A DNA stretch of 40,662 nt from assembly GCA_050506795.1 (NCBI GenBank), contig JBJHCF010000045.1, positions 1 through 40,662 of the forward strand. Reading direction: 5' to 3'. This document shows, one piece after another, positions 28,026 to 39,900 of the stretch. Every line of letters starts with the position of its first letter. Positions within the stretch are counted from its first letter, which is position 1. Source of the DNA: Opitutia bacterium (lineage in GTDB: Bacteria > Verrucomicrobiota > Verrucomicrobiia > Opitutales > T3Sed10-336). Position numbers and translations under genes: made by a program. The notes under the pieces were generated by a model. It was not told the DNA's origin and did no database searches. It was given only the letters and a program-made list of their open reading frames with translations.

Positions 28026-29333
28026 TTATTCGAGAGGGCGGCCGCCGATGTGAACGGCGACCATTTCCCGGAGATTTCGAATATCCTGGGTGGGATCGGC
28101 TTCCAGGACCAGGAAGTCGGCCCGTTTGCCAGGTTCGAGGGTTCCCAGTTCTTCGCCGAGATTTATGCAGTCGGCCGCGTGGACTGTGGCCGAACGGAGA
28201 ACTTCCACCGGCGCCATGCCGGCGTCTTGCATCATTTCCATTTCCAGGTGTTCAAAATACCCGATGAAGCGGGCGGGCATGCCGCTGTCGGTTCCCATGG
28301 CTATCCGGACACCGGCTTCGTGCAGAGCGACCATGTTTTGTTCGGCCAGGGGAAGGGCTTCCCGGAAGTAGTCGGCGGCGCGGCCGGTGTAGCGTTGTTG
28401 GACCTCCGGCCGCTCCAATTCGGCGATCACGTCCGGGTCCGCTTCCCGCAGGAAAAAGGGGTCGTCGAAGAAGTCGGGTCGTTCGGCGTAGACAAACGTG
28501 GACACTTCCCGGGTGAGGGTGGGGGTGAGGCAGACGTTGCGCGCCAGCATCAGGGCGATCAATTCGTCGTCGACCGATGCGTCACGAATGCTATGCGCGA
28601 GCAGGCCGGTTCCTTCCTCGAGCAGTCCCCGGGCGTCTTCCAGGATCACCATGTGGGTGGCGACGGGAAGCTCGCGCTCGCGAGCGGCCTCAATGAACGC
28701 GGAGTACGCCTCGCGTGGCATCTTGCTTCGGGTGCCGAGTCCGTCGTCCACGCGGATTTTCAACCAGTCGGGATTTTGCCTCGCCAGTGCCGCCACTTCC
28801 TCCCGGGCCTGCTCCGCGGTGGAGGGTGACGGGACCCGGCCGGCCAGGAAAAGACGGGCCATTCCCGGCGCGGCTGCGTCCATGGAATCCCTGACTTCGA
28901 AGGCCGCTTCCGGCTCTCCCCCCAGACTGACCACCGTAGTCACTCCGTAGCGGGCGGAAAGCTTGAGTTGATCTTCGACGTTCTCCCGGGTCCGGGCGTC
29001 CGGTCCCATCTGCAGTCCTTTTGCCACCCCGATGTGGCCATGCGCATTGATCAAACCGGGGACGATGTACTTTCCGGATACGTCAATGGTTTTGATTCCA
29101 TCGGGGAGTTCGCGGTCGTCGAGCGAAAAGACTTCGACTATTCGTCCGTCCGCAACCACCAGGGCGGCGTTTTCGGTGAAACCGTTGCCAACCCCCGTCC
29201 AGACTTTCGCTCCCGAGAAAATTGTAAGTTCGTCGTTTGGCGCCGGATTCGAGGAATTCGAAGAACTTCCTTCAACCGGTTGGAACGCGATGAGCGTCCC
29301 CACGGCCAAGATGACCGCGACCGATCGTGTCAT
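28026..29333 (-). CDS. Secreted amidohydrolase family protein
   Basis: PGLINAHGH, THM, LAHS, GTDSG, GTLEPGKRADFLVL; start uncertain. Confidence 0.9.
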   Translation of the reverse strand: MTRSVAVILAVGTLIAFQPVEGSSSNSSNPAPNDELTIFSGAKVWTGVGNGFTENAALVVADGRIVEVFSLDDRELPDGIKTIDVSGKYIVPGLINAHGHIGVAKGLQMGPDARTRENVEDQLKLSARYGVTTVVSLGGEPEAAFEVRDSMDAAAPGMARLFLAGRVPSPSTAEQAREEVAALARQNPDWLKIRVDDGLGTRSKMPREAYSAFIEAARERELPVATHMVILEDARGLLEEGTGLLAHSIRDASVDDELIALMLARNVCLTPTLTREVSTFVYAERPDFFDDPFFLREADPDVIAELERPEVQQRYTGRAADYFREALPLAEQNMVALHEAGVRIAMGTDSGMPARFIGYFEHLEMEMMQDAGMAPVEVLRSATVHAADCINLGEELGTLEPGKRADFLVLEADPTQDIRNLREMVAVHIGGRPLE

Positions 29334-29482
29334 GCTTCCCAATCGTATAGTGGCCCGGGAGATGGGGCGGTTCCGGGTAAAGAGGCTGGCTTCGGTGTTG
29401 TGCATTTGGCCTTTCGAATAGGGTTTCATGCTACGAATCGATTTACGCGCGAAGGGGAGTGAAATCTTTCCCGCACAATGTC

Positions 29483-31057
29483 TCAACTTCCGTTGCTGAC
29501 TTGCCAGAGGGCTTTGCGGATTTCGTGGAGACTGACCGGCTTGGTTAGGACAACGGTAAACGGTTTTTTTTCGAGTTCGGTTTTGGTGGTGGGTGCATCG
29601 AAGCCCGAAAGCAGGATAAACGGCGTTTCGGGGCGGATTCGACGAATGCCGGCCGCAACCTCGCTGCCACTCAGGCGGGGCATGGCCGCGTCACAGATGA
29701 CTAGATCAAACCGATCCGTGTGTGATTGAAACAGTGATACGGCTTCGGTGCCTTCGGAGGCGGAGCGGACTTGATGGCCGTCCGTCCTCAAAACTTCTTC
29801 GAGCATCTCTCGGACCAGCAAGTCGTCTTCGGCCACGAGGATTCGGAGGGAAGGAGTCTGGGGGGCGACCGGATCCGAGTTGGCGGATTCCATTTTCGCC
29901 GGTGTTGGAATTGGGAAGTGGAGGGTCACCTGAGTTCCGGCGCCTTGCCGGCTGGTTATCTCCAATTTCCCCCCATGGTATTTCATGATCGAATTGACGA
30001 GTGACATACCCAGTCCGGTGCCGGTTTCTTTGGTGGTGAAATAGGCCTCGGTGCATTTGCGCAAATGTTCCGGACTCATTCCGGCGCCGGTATCGGACAC
30101 GGTCAGGGTGATGCCGGTTTCTCCCTGACTGGCTTTGAAGGTGAGGGTCCCTCCCTGGGGCATGGCATCGACGGCGTTGAAAATGAGATTGGTGAGCACC
30201 CCCCGCAACTCGGCGTCGTTTCCCATCACGGTCAGCCCTGAAGGGCACTCCACGGTGGCTTCGATCTCGGCATTGTCGGCGCGTGCCTGGGAACGCCACC
30301 GGGCTTCGGTCATCGCCAGGGATTGTTCGACCACCAGGGAGAGATCCACCGGCATCAGTGCGGCATTGGCGCCTTCCTGTTGGTAGAATTCCCTGAGCCG
30401 GTTGACCACCGCCGCAGCGTTGGTGCCGGCCGTCTTGATGGCCTGGGCGTAGCGTTTGATTTTCTCCTGCTCGGTGGCGAATTCGGGATCCGCAAGCATT
30501 TCGCTGAACCCGAGGATGGGAGCCAGTGCGTTGTTAAAGTCGTGAACCACCCCCCGTGACATTTGCTGCAAGGCCTTGATCCGTTCGCGCTCGATGATAT
30601 CGGGAGTGGATTCCAGCAGCGTGCGCTGCCGTTCGATCGTTTGCCGGGAGCGTCGATGTTGCTGCAGGCTAAGAAAACCGACCACACCGCCGACCGCCGC
30701 GTAGGAGAGAAGGCGGATGACCCAGTCGGACATAGGCTGGGGAATCCCCATGCCCGAAGGTGTCCACGGACCGATGGCTAAACCGATCACTATCGCCGTC
30801 CCGATCCCCACGATTGGTCCGAAATAAAAACCAGCGATGACAATAGGGATCAGGAGGATCCCAGGGTTCAAGTGGGTTAAACCACCGGCAAGCCAGATGG
30901 CTGCAATCCAAATCACGCTGATCACCGCGGCAATGGTTGCCACCAGGAGAGCCGTCCGAGGGGACTGCCTGATCACCGAAGCGCCAATAAAGGACTGGGC
31001 GTCGTTTCCCTTTCCGCGCATTTTGGAAGTCATGTCGTTTTTCGTCCCAAGCCACAA
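29483..31057 (-). CDS. Membrane hybrid sensor histidine kinase/response regulator with PAS domain apparently deleted
   Basis: HDFNN H-box, NLIFNAVDAM, DTGAGM, FTTK..GTGLG, receiver ILVAEDD...CDAAMP; start uncertain. Confidence 0.9.
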   Translation of the reverse strand: MWLGTKNDMTSKMRGKGNDAQSFIGASVIRQSPRTALLVATIAAVISVIWIAAIWLAGGLTHLNPGILLIPIVIAGFYFGPIVGIGTAIVIGLAIGPWTPSGMGIPQPMSDWVIRLLSYAAVGGVVGFLSLQQHRRSRQTIERQRTLLESTPDIIERERIKALQQMSRGVVHDFNNALAPILGFSEMLADPEFATEQEKIKRYAQAIKTAGTNAAAVVNRLREFYQQEGANAALMPVDLSLVVEQSLAMTEARWRSQARADNAEIEATVECPSGLTVMGNDAELRGVLTNLIFNAVDAMPQGGTLTFKASQGETGITLTVSDTGAGMSPEHLRKCTEAYFTTKETGTGLGMSLVNSIMKYHGGKLEITSRQGAGTQVTLHFPIPTPAKMESANSDPVAPQTPSLRILVAEDDLLVREMLEEVLRTDGHQVRSASEGTEAVSLFQSHTDRFDLVICDAAMPRLSGSEVAAGIRRIRPETPFILLSGFDAPTTKTELEKKPFTVVLTKPVSLHEIRKALWQVSNGS

Positions 31058-31128
31058 AACGACATCTCAGGGTTTACGGTCAACAAGAATCATTACCCGA
31101 AACCGCCTATCATTCTTTCCTAACCTCA

Positions 31129-32109
31129 TCAGGATTCGTCATAGGCAAGTATATCGACTTCGTCGTTCAAAAACGCCAGGGCGCGTTTTTCCGACCAATA
31201 GACATTGCTGCCGAGCCGTTCCATAAATCCGACGTGTCCGCCGTGGGGGGGTGTTTCCAGAGTCACCCGGGGATTCACGGCGGTTTGGGTGCGGGGAAAA
31301 CATTCCGGACTGAGAAAGGGGTCGTCGAGGGCGTTCACAATAAGGACCGGCACGCGAATGCCGGGGATAAACTGGGCACTGGAGCAGCGATCCCAGTAGT
31401 CGCGGGCGTTGGCGAAGCCGTGCAGGGGCGCGGTGTACCGATCGTCGAACTGGTGAAAAGTCCGCAGCGCTCGCAGTCCGTCCAGGTGGATTTGCTCAGG
31501 GAACTGGTGGTGTTTGCGGCGCATCTTTGCGCTCAAGAGACGAACGAACCGGTGCATGTACACCCGGTTGGCGGGGCGGGCCAGGCGATCCGCGCTGCCG
31601 GCGAGGTCGCAGGGCACGGAGAACACCACCGCCCCGCAGACTTGCGGGGGAACTTCTTCGTCAGGTTTGCCCAGGTAGACCAGTGTCATGTTTCCGCCGA
31701 TACTGAAACCGCTCAAGGCGATCCGCTCGTACCCTTGGACCAACCCCTGCCGCAACACCAGGCCGAGGTCGTTCGTTTCGCCGCTGTGATAGAAACGCGG
31801 TTGACGATTAAGCTCGCCGCTGCAGGAACGAAAGTTCCAGGCCAGGACATCCCAACCGGAAGCCAATGCCTCTCGTGCCAAGCCGAGCACGTAGGGCCGG
31901 CGACTGCTGCCTTCCAGTCCGTGACTGATGACCAGCAGACGCGAATGGCCGCCCCGGTACCAGTCCAGATCGACGAAATCGTCGTCGGGGGTGAATATCC
32001 GCTCGCGCCGCGGCGGGGTCACCGGCACCCGGCGAAACAACGCCGGCCAGGCGGTTTGCACATGGGTGTTGCGCCACCAGGGCGCCGGATTAAAAGGAGG
32101 GAAGGCCAC
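31129..32109 (-). CDS. YheT family alpha/beta hydrolase
   Basis: N.HVQT, HGLEGSS, FRSCSG, GFSIGGN, NALDDPF, GGHVGF. Confidence 0.92.
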   Translation of the reverse strand: MAFPPFNPAPWWRNTHVQTAWPALFRRVPVTPPRRERIFTPDDDFVDLDWYRGGHSRLLVISHGLEGSSRRPYVLGLAREALASGWDVLAWNFRSCSGELNRQPRFYHSGETNDLGLVLRQGLVQGYERIALSGFSIGGNMTLVYLGKPDEEVPPQVCGAVVFSVPCDLAGSADRLARPANRVYMHRFVRLLSAKMRRKHHQFPEQIHLDGLRALRTFHQFDDRYTAPLHGFANARDYWDRCSSAQFIPGIRVPVLIVNALDDPFLSPECFPRTQTAVNPRVTLETPPHGGHVGFMERLGSNVYWSEKRALAFLNDEVDILAYDES

Positions 32110-32124
32110 CGGTTCGGGCGGCGT

Positions 32125-32664
32125 TTACCGGATTTCGCGCAAGGTCATGCCGCAGGTCATCATGCGATCGCCGTGATAAGGATTGCGGATTCCGGCCTCG
32201 CGGCTCAACCAGTCGGCAGAACCGCCGCGGACCATGGGGCAGCGTTGCACATAGATTGCCGTGCCGGGCGAACCGTAGCGCTCCGCCACCCGGATCATGG
32301 CTTCGGAAAGGGATTCGAACTGATAACGCTGGTCCTCCACATCCTCTTGTTCCGCCATGACCCGTGCCCGTTCCAGCAGGATCGCGCGTTGCCCCTCCCA
32401 GAATGCGCTGGAGCCGCCATTGGACGCCTCCAACACTCCGGCGAATGCTTCCGCCGCACCAGCGGCCGATTCGGCGTCGCTCAACGTCAGGATCTCCGCC
32501 AAATCAAAGTACCCCTCGAGGATGCCGGTATAATGCTCGGGAGGAACCCCGTTTGCTCCAGCGGATTCCCACGTGCCATTCCCGCCGCACCCGGCCAGGA
32601 GTACCGCCGCCATCAACGGCAATGAAAAGGTCAAGGTGCGGGCCAAACAAAATGTGGATTTCAT
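32125..32664 (-). CDS. DUF3347 domain lipoprotein
   Basis: Lipobox LAGC; QRYQFESLS, CPM...ADWLS...IRNPYHGDRMMTCG; GGAGG RBS. Confidence 0.85.
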   Translation of the reverse strand: MKSTFCLARTLTFSLPLMAAVLLAGCGGNGTWESAGANGVPPEHYTGILEGYFDLAEILTLSDAESAAGAAEAFAGVLEASNGGSSAFWEGQRAILLERARVMAEQEDVEDQRYQFESLSEAMIRVAERYGSPGTAIYVQRCPMVRGGSADWLSREAGIRNPYHGDRMMTCGMTLREIR

Positions 32665-32867
32665 GATACCTCCAGCAAACCCCGTCTCCCACAAACCGTC
32701 AACTCGCATCAACTGCGCTATACGGGGAAGAACGAACGCCTGTTTGCTGGAGGGCGGCGCTCCCGCGCCGCCGGTGGTGTGGCAAGGATCCTCGACGGGA
32801 CTCCGGGGCACAGGCGCGCCGGCCGAATGGCTTGTGCCTCATCGGGGCAAAAAAAATCTGGAATCTC

Positions 32868-32902
32868 TTGACAGGCCTACTGTCCTGCCGTACTAGGACA
32901 GT
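32868..32902 (+). promoter_or_regulatory. Sigma70 promoter overlapped by an inverted-repeat operator
   Basis: TTGACA-17 nt-TACTAG; ACTGTCCT-N8-AGGACAGT at 32879-32902. Confidence 0.65.
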
Positions 32903-33000
32903 GATTGCGGTGAGGATTTTTTTCCGAATTCAAATCCCTGGCACTGATTTACCTGCGGCTGGAGGATCCGGTGCGGCGACAGCGGGAATGGTCAAATAAA
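32901..33000 (+). pseudogene. Possible vestige of a YtrA-type GntR regulator
   Basis: IFFRIQIPGT / (frameshift) IYLRLEDPVRR resembles the YtrA N-terminus (PIYxQLxxQVRR). Confidence 0.35.
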
Positions 33001-33016
33001 CGAAAGGAGTTTGCAG

Positions 33017-33925
33017 ATGAACCCAGGATGCATTTCGAGGACGGTACTGTTGATGCTGGCGTTAATTCTTCTGCTGCCCCTGACGGCGCCCGCGGTCTCC
33101 GAATCGACTGAGGCCGCCGATTTGGAGTTTCGTGGTATGGTCGATCTTGGGGGAAGCCCTCTCTTTTCGCTCGGCGCGGAGGAAGAGCGCGCCTGGGTGG
33201 CGGTGGGGGATGTTTTTGCCGGCTACGAGATTACCGAGTTCAGACGGCAGGAACGGATCCTGATCCTTCGCAAAGACGGCGAGGTATATTCACTCTCGCT
33301 CGGCTCTGGACGGGTGAGGCGGGGAAATATCGATTCTGACGATGGGGAGATACATGCGAGCAACCTGCGGCAGGTTGGCCAGGCTTCGCTGATCTTCGCC
33401 AATGACCACAACGACCACTTGCCGGGAGGAGACGACGTGGAGACGATCCATGACGTGGCCCGTTTGCTGGCCTTGCGGGCCGGCCTGAACGACGCTTCGA
33501 TGTGGATTACCGGGGGCGATGCTCAATCGGGCGTGGAGGACAGTTTGACCACGGTTTTGGACCGAAGCAGGCAAGGTCTGGATTCGCAGTTCGCCGCCCA
33601 GGATATCGTGGCCATCGACTTTGCCACCAATCTGCGAATGGATATGCCTTCGTGGACTCCGATTGCCTGGACCCGCGGGTTGAGGGAGGACGGCACCTGG
33701 GATGAACGCGGGACCTTCGGGACCTCCGGAGGGTTTGTTGTCTTTTTGGGAGGTAATGTCGCTCGGGTTAGCGATCTAGCCAGCGAGGGCGGGCGTCTGC
33801 GGCGCCCGGACGGCACCCCGACGGCGAATATTCTGGAGGCTCTTCCTCCCGAGGCGAGGGTGGTTGGCTCCGGCCCGGCCACTTTGCACGGATCCACCGG
33901 GCTTCAACGTGAGGGTGGAGAGTAG
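33017..33925 (+). CDS. Secreted fusion of a GspC/PilP-like domain and a pilin-like (type II secretion-type) globular domain
   Basis: AAGGAG RBS; signal peptide; LEFRGMVDLGGSPLFSL; ASNLRQVGQASLIFANDHNDHLP...TPIAWTRGL...GGFVVFLGGNV. Confidence 0.65.
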   Translation: MNPGCISRTVLLMLALILLLPLTAPAVSESTEAADLEFRGMVDLGGSPLFSLGAEEERAWVAVGDVFAGYEITEFRRQERILILRKDGEVYSLSLGSGRVRRGNIDSDDGEIHASNLRQVGQASLIFANDHNDHLPGGDDVETIHDVARLLALRAGLNDASMWITGGDAQSGVEDSLTTVLDRSRQGLDSQFAAQDIVAIDFATNLRMDMPSWTPIAWTRGLREDGTWDERGTFGTSGGFVVFLGGNVARVSDLASEGGRLRRPDGTPTANILEALPPEARVVGSGPATLHGSTGLQREGGE

Positions 33926-33988
33926 GTTTGGACTCTACAATGGTTCTCACGCCCGCTTCCGGCGGTAGCTCAAATCCTCGGTTGACAG

Positions 33989-36900
33989 CTACGGATTGCT
34001 GTTTTCAGAGATTTGCAGGCGAAGGTGGAGTGTATCCGCATCGTCAGAAAGCAGGTATTCGAGGATCCTCGCGGTTGGAGTTTCAAGAATGGAGTGAAGC
34101 TCTTGCTCGAACGGACTCCAATGGATCAGGTCGCCGGACTCCTCGATTCTGATGGTCAGGTTTTCCGTGGTGCGCGAAGCCACATACTCGAGGAGGAGCC
34201 CTTCCGTTCCGCGGCGCAACCGTGGCAGGTTGCCATCGGATAGATGGGTAAGCCCCAGGGCATAGACGACGATGTTTGGAATTCCCGCAAGAAAATCATC
34301 GTCGGTCTTCCCATAGTTGCCGCCGCCAAGAATGCGTGCCGCCCATTGGTCGTAGGTTTCCGTAATTGTGAGGTCGAAGGGCGCGCTGCGAATCTCGCCC
34401 TGGGAATTGGCCGCGTGGAGATGGTAACTGCCGCTCGATGCCGGGTTGGGGTTGAAGATACGCAAGGTTTCGCTGAGTGCGCCGGAAACCCCCGTTGATT
34501 CGTGGATGGGGTTCTCGTCAAGCGTCCACCAATACTCGAGATCGCTTCCCCAAACCACGGGTGCCAACAGCACCTCTTCCCCGGTGCGGGCAATGAAGGC
34601 TTCACCCTCGGGCAGGATTTTCGGTGGTAGGTGTTCAATTTGAAAGAGTGCTGTCGCGGCATCGCTGCCGAAATCGTTTTCGACCACCAACAGCACATTG
34701 TATTCACCCGTCTGTGACGGCGTTCCATGGATGCGCCCTGTGGAGGGATCGACTTGCAATCCTGGTGGCAGGTTGAACGCGGTTACCTTCCCGATGTCGA
34801 AGTTAATACCCGGCGTGTGGTCGAACGGTATCGAGACGGCGCCGCGCATGCTGTGAGCCATAGTGAGTCGGGGGCTGCCCGGCTTTACCTTTGGGACGTG
34901 CATCACAAAATCGGCTTGGGTTTCCCCATAGACGTTGGCCGTGCGGATGAGAGCTTCGAAGGTGCCTGATTCAGACGGTGTCCCCGTAATCCGGGGAATC
35001 CCGCCTGGAGATGTCACATCCACTCCCGCCGGTAACCCGTTGGCACTCACCGTCCCGCCAAAATTGGTGAGCTCCCTCGACAAATAGTGGACAAAACTCT
35101 CGTTAAGGCGACCGATGGCAATCAACGGGCCGGGAAGGTAGGGCGGGCTGCCGCCCGGGGCGAACGCTTGAAACGAGAGCCACCGCAATCGAGACGGGCT
35201 GTGCTCGTTGATCAAACCCACGTGTGCCGTTCCGCTCTCGATCAGCTGGCCTGAAATAATGCCGGTATCGGGATCGATCGTCAAAGTTTCGGGAAGGTAT
35301 TCGGGCAGGAACCCGATGAAAGGATCGCCGGCGTCGTTTCGACTGAGCTGGACGAAGATCTGTTCCCCCCGCACGGCGTCTACCCGGGAAAGTGCGAGCG
35401 GCGGCATGATGGGCGTCCACTCTCCGGCGGAGGTCAAGAGCCGTTGGGCGGCGTGAGAGAAATAACGGCCCTCCGCATAAGCCAGCGAGGCGAGATGATG
35501 GTCGTCCCCGTGCGTGCGGTTGAGCCAGACGAGCCCGTCGTGCGAGGTGTGAACGTGTCCGTCGGATGCCAGAATCGCCCACTCGTCCCGCCCGGACAGC
35601 ACCCTGGAGATATCGAGGCCGTCCAACCCTGGCGCTTCCACCGGGCTCCAGTTTACGACATCGGGAGACCGCAGCAGAACGCCGTCATCTCCGCCGGCAA
35701 TATAAACTCCCCCTTGCCACGCGACTCCGTGGAGCGGGCTCCCCACACCTCCCGCCACATGTTCCCAGATTTCTCCATCGACCGAATGCAGGATCACGCC
35801 CTCGTCACCGACGGCGGCGAAACGTCCGCCGCCGAAAGTCACGGCCCGGAGATTGGCGGGCGAGCCGCTTGGCCGGGCTTGCCAGGAGATACCGTCGGCG
35901 GAAGCCAGAATCGTCCCGTTGTCACCGACCGCCACGAAGACACCGCCTCCACGGGCAATACCATGGAGAGTCTCCGTCGTTTCCGAAGTGGCCTGGATCC
36001 AGTTCGTGCCGTTTTCCGAATATCGAATGTGACCGGAGGCACCTACCACGACAAATCGTTCGTTCCCGTGGGCGACACCCAAGAGATCACGCAATGTTCC
36101 GGTGAACGGCCGATTCCAGCTTTCACCGAGGTTTGAGGTGGTGGAAATAATTCCCCCCGGCCCGGCGGCGACCACGATCGTTCCGTTGGAGGCGATATCG
36201 CTAAATGGCGGTGAGGAGAATTCGTATGCCCAAAGCGGCTTGTAAACCGAGACCCACACCGTGGTCTCGGACACGCCGTAGGGATTTTCCGCGCGGACTT
36301 CCAACGGGAAAATCCCCGTTGCCTCCGGTACGCCTCTGATCGTGTTGCCAGCAAACGTTAATCCCGGAACATCACCCGTGATTTCGACCGTGTGGAGGAG
36401 GAAAGGGAATGAATGGAACTGAACGGATTCGAACGCGGATTTTCCGACCTCCAACTCGATAGGAGTCTTGTTGATCGTTGGAGGCCAACCATCCGCCTGG
36501 TGAATGGTCATGGTGGTTCGCGAGACGGGGCCGTGACCGACCGAATTGCGAGCGAAAGATTCAACTTCAAAAGTTCCCATTTGTGTCGGAACTCCGGATA
36601 CAATGCCCGTTGCCGGGTCCAGAGTGAGGCCGGGAGGGAGTCCATTGGCAAAGAATTCCTCCGGGCCTTCGTCGGCACGGAATTGACTGGTGTAGGACCG
36701 CCCTTCAATCCCTCGCTCGGGGGAGGTGGCGATCCGCGGGGGAAACGTTCCTTCGTGAGTGCGAATCGAACCGTTTCCACCCACCGCGACAAACCGTCCT
36801 CCGCCAAATGTGGCGCCCTGCCAGGTGGAGGCTCCCGTCGTCATGGACCAGGGTGCCCAATAAACCCCGTCGGAGCTGGAGCGGGCGTTCCCATTAAAAG

Positions 36901-39900
36901 CCAGGATACCTGCCGGGTGCGCGGCAAAGGCTCTGACTTGCACGCCGCCAAGCGTGTTGGTCCAGGTTGCTCCGTCCTCTGAAACATGGCTGGAACCAAG
37001 GTCACTTGCCACGAAGTAACGCCCGTTCGCGAAGGCGACCGCCCGCAACCCCGCGGTGGTCGGCGAGATTCCCGCGAACCATTCGGCCCCGTCATTCGAG
37101 TGAAGAATCGTGCCCGCGTTTCCGACCGCCACAAATTCTTCCCCGGTGAACGTGACGGCCCGCAAGTCCTGGGCGGTTCCGCTCTCCACCCCAGTCCACG
37201 AGGCTCCGTCGGCCGAGCGCAGGATCACGCCGCCGTCCCCAACGGCGACAAACCATCCGGTACCATGGGCGACGGCCGAAAGGCGGCTTTCCACAGGTGA
37301 AGCTTGTGCTTCCCAGGTATCCCCGGTTGGCGAGCTAAGAATCCGGCCGTCATCACCCACCGCGACCCAGAGCAAGTCGCTACCGGCAATGGCCCGGAGG
37401 GGAACTCCATCCCCATCCCGGACTTGGCTCCATTCGCCTTTCGCGGTGGAAAGGTAAAGGCCGCCGTTTTCTCCCACGGACACAAACCGGTCCTGGGCAA
37501 ATGCAACCGCCGTTAGGGTCTCCGTTGTACCCGATTCTTCCGCGACCCAGTTGCCGGCCTGGCTGACGACCAACCGGATTTCGGTTTCGCTCGCGCCATG
37601 GAAATTGGTAGCCGCCACATTGATCTGGAAAACCCCGGCTTCCAGCGGAGTTCCCCAGGGTACTGCCCGGTGAAGTTGGACCGTCGCCCCCGGAGGCGCA
37701 CCTTCGATTCGCAATCGCGAGGTTCGGTCAAGATGATGGATCGTGGCGTTGACGCCGATTGTAGAAATGGGGGCGCCCATGATCGCGCCGTAGGTTTGCC
37801 TCCCCTCGAAGCGCGGTGGCTCACCGCTCTCGGGAAAGAATTCCAGCAGGATATCCACCGGTTGCGCGATGCCTGTTTCGTTGAACGCAGCCACCCGCAA
37901 GAGGTGGCTCCCCGGGGCCAGGACGGTCCCCGTGATCTCACCCGCCTCCGCGTCGAATTGGAGCCCCGGTGGAAGACTGCCGACGAGAATGTCCGCCGGT
38001 CCGCCTTGAGTGGTCAGACGGTATCGGAGAGCTTCGCCCGCGCGCTTGGCGACGTAGGTTGGACCGGTGAGCACGGGCAGACCGAGGCTTGTTTCGGTGG
38101 GGCTCGCAATCCGCGTCGAGGCACCGACGGCAAAAAAGTCATCTTCCCTCGACAGCGCGGTTACCGGCGTGGATTCGATCAGCCGCCAGCGATGCCCGTC
38201 GGTGGAAGCGAAAAGCCCGGATGGTCCCGCGACCAGAAACTCTCCCCGTCGGAAGCGGATATCGGTGCGGACGGGAGTGTTCTCACGTACAAAGCCCCAG
38301 TCAACACCGTCCTCCGTGTAGGCGAGTCCACCCGACTGGGCGAGACCGATGAAGCGGCCATTGCCAAAAGCCACGGAGCGGAAACTCCGGTCGAAGCGGA
38401 CTGGAGCCATTTCCCAATGTTCGCCATCCAAGGAGAAGAAGGCAGTTCCTCCACCGGCGACGATCATGTAGCGATTATTTCCATACGCCACGTCCCGCAA
38501 CGAACCAACCGCCAGTTTTGCAACCGGATCCCAATCGATACCGTTAATGGAGACCAGCACGCTTCCTTCGTCACCGACTGCGATAAATTGGCCGTTCAAG
38601 TGGCGTACGGCCTGGAGATCCCCGGTAGTTGGCGATGGGGCCTGCTCCCAGTCACGTCCGTTAACGGAGTTGAGGATCACCCCGCCATCGCCGACGAGGA
38701 TGAACCGACCGGCCCCGAAGGCCGCTCCGCGAAAGCTTGTAACAACAGGCGGTTCGACGAATTCCCACTGTTGATTCGCATCTGCCGCCGCGATCAGGCC
38801 GTTTGCCCCGGCGGCGATCCGCCGTCCGTTGCCGGCCGCGGCGGCCAGGAAGGTTCCGGTTCCGCCCAACTGCTCGATTGCGAATTTCGGTTCGTGGATG
38901 GTGAAGCGAATCATCTTCCCGGTCTCACCGTGTATGTTTGAAACCGACATTTTGGCTTCGTGCAAGCCCGGCGGGAGCGTGCCGTGGAGCCGCCGCGCGG
39001 CAACGTCCCAGTGGAGTCCGGTTGGCAACTCCGAAACGTGGAAGGCAGTTGTCGAATCCAGGTTTTGCGCGCTCAAAGTCAGGGAAATCGCATCACCGGC
39101 GTTCACCGCCAGCCAAGTGGGCGAGGTAACCTCGGGGAGAGGGCCCGTGATCGGAAAAATTGTTACCCGGACGTGGCTGAACGAAAAAACCCCGTCTTCA
39201 TTGCCGGCCCCAAGAATGATCTCAAAAGTTCCCGGCATCGTCGGGCGACCGGAAATCTTACCGGTGGCGCTGTTGATGGTGAGCCCGGGCGGCAATGCCG
39301 TGGCCGTGAACTGCACCGCTTCGGTCCCGGCTGTCACGGTGAGGGAAAACAATCGGCCTTCCTGCCCCCATGCCGGTGGTTGCGAGGGAAACGACGGATC
39401 CGGGGCCAGCACCCGAAGCTCCCGCCCGACCGGTTCGGCGGGAAGATAGCGTTCATCTCCCGCCTGGCTTGCGGTGATGAGGGCCGTTCCGCGGTCTTGG
39501 AGGATAACTCGTGTTCCGCTGATTGTGCCAATGTCCGGCGCGTCGGTGGAAAACGACACGGGAAGACCGCTGCCGGCAGTCGCCTCCAACGCCGCGTGGC
39601 CCGCGGACAAAACGACCGGAGCCAAAGGTGGAAACTCGATTGTTTGCGGCGCCCGCTGAATCAAGATTTCCCGCGACACCGGTTCGGCCGGAAGGTAGCT
39701 AACGTTTCCCTCCTGCGACGCGGTGATCGTGACCGTGCCCGCCCGATGAACGATTAGGTTGCCGTTTAGGACGCCGGCCACTTCCGCGTCGGAGGTCTCC
39801 AGGTGAACCGGCAGGCCGCTGTCCGCCGTTACGTTGAGAGGGTAGGGTTCATCGGAATAGACGATATCGCCAACTTCCGGAAAATCGATTTCCTGGGGCA

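Noticed and set aside
32310..32320. gggattcgaac match to the tRNA T-arm as a possible att site
   Set aside because: Only 11 bp, inside a coding sequence and on the 5' side of the tRNA.
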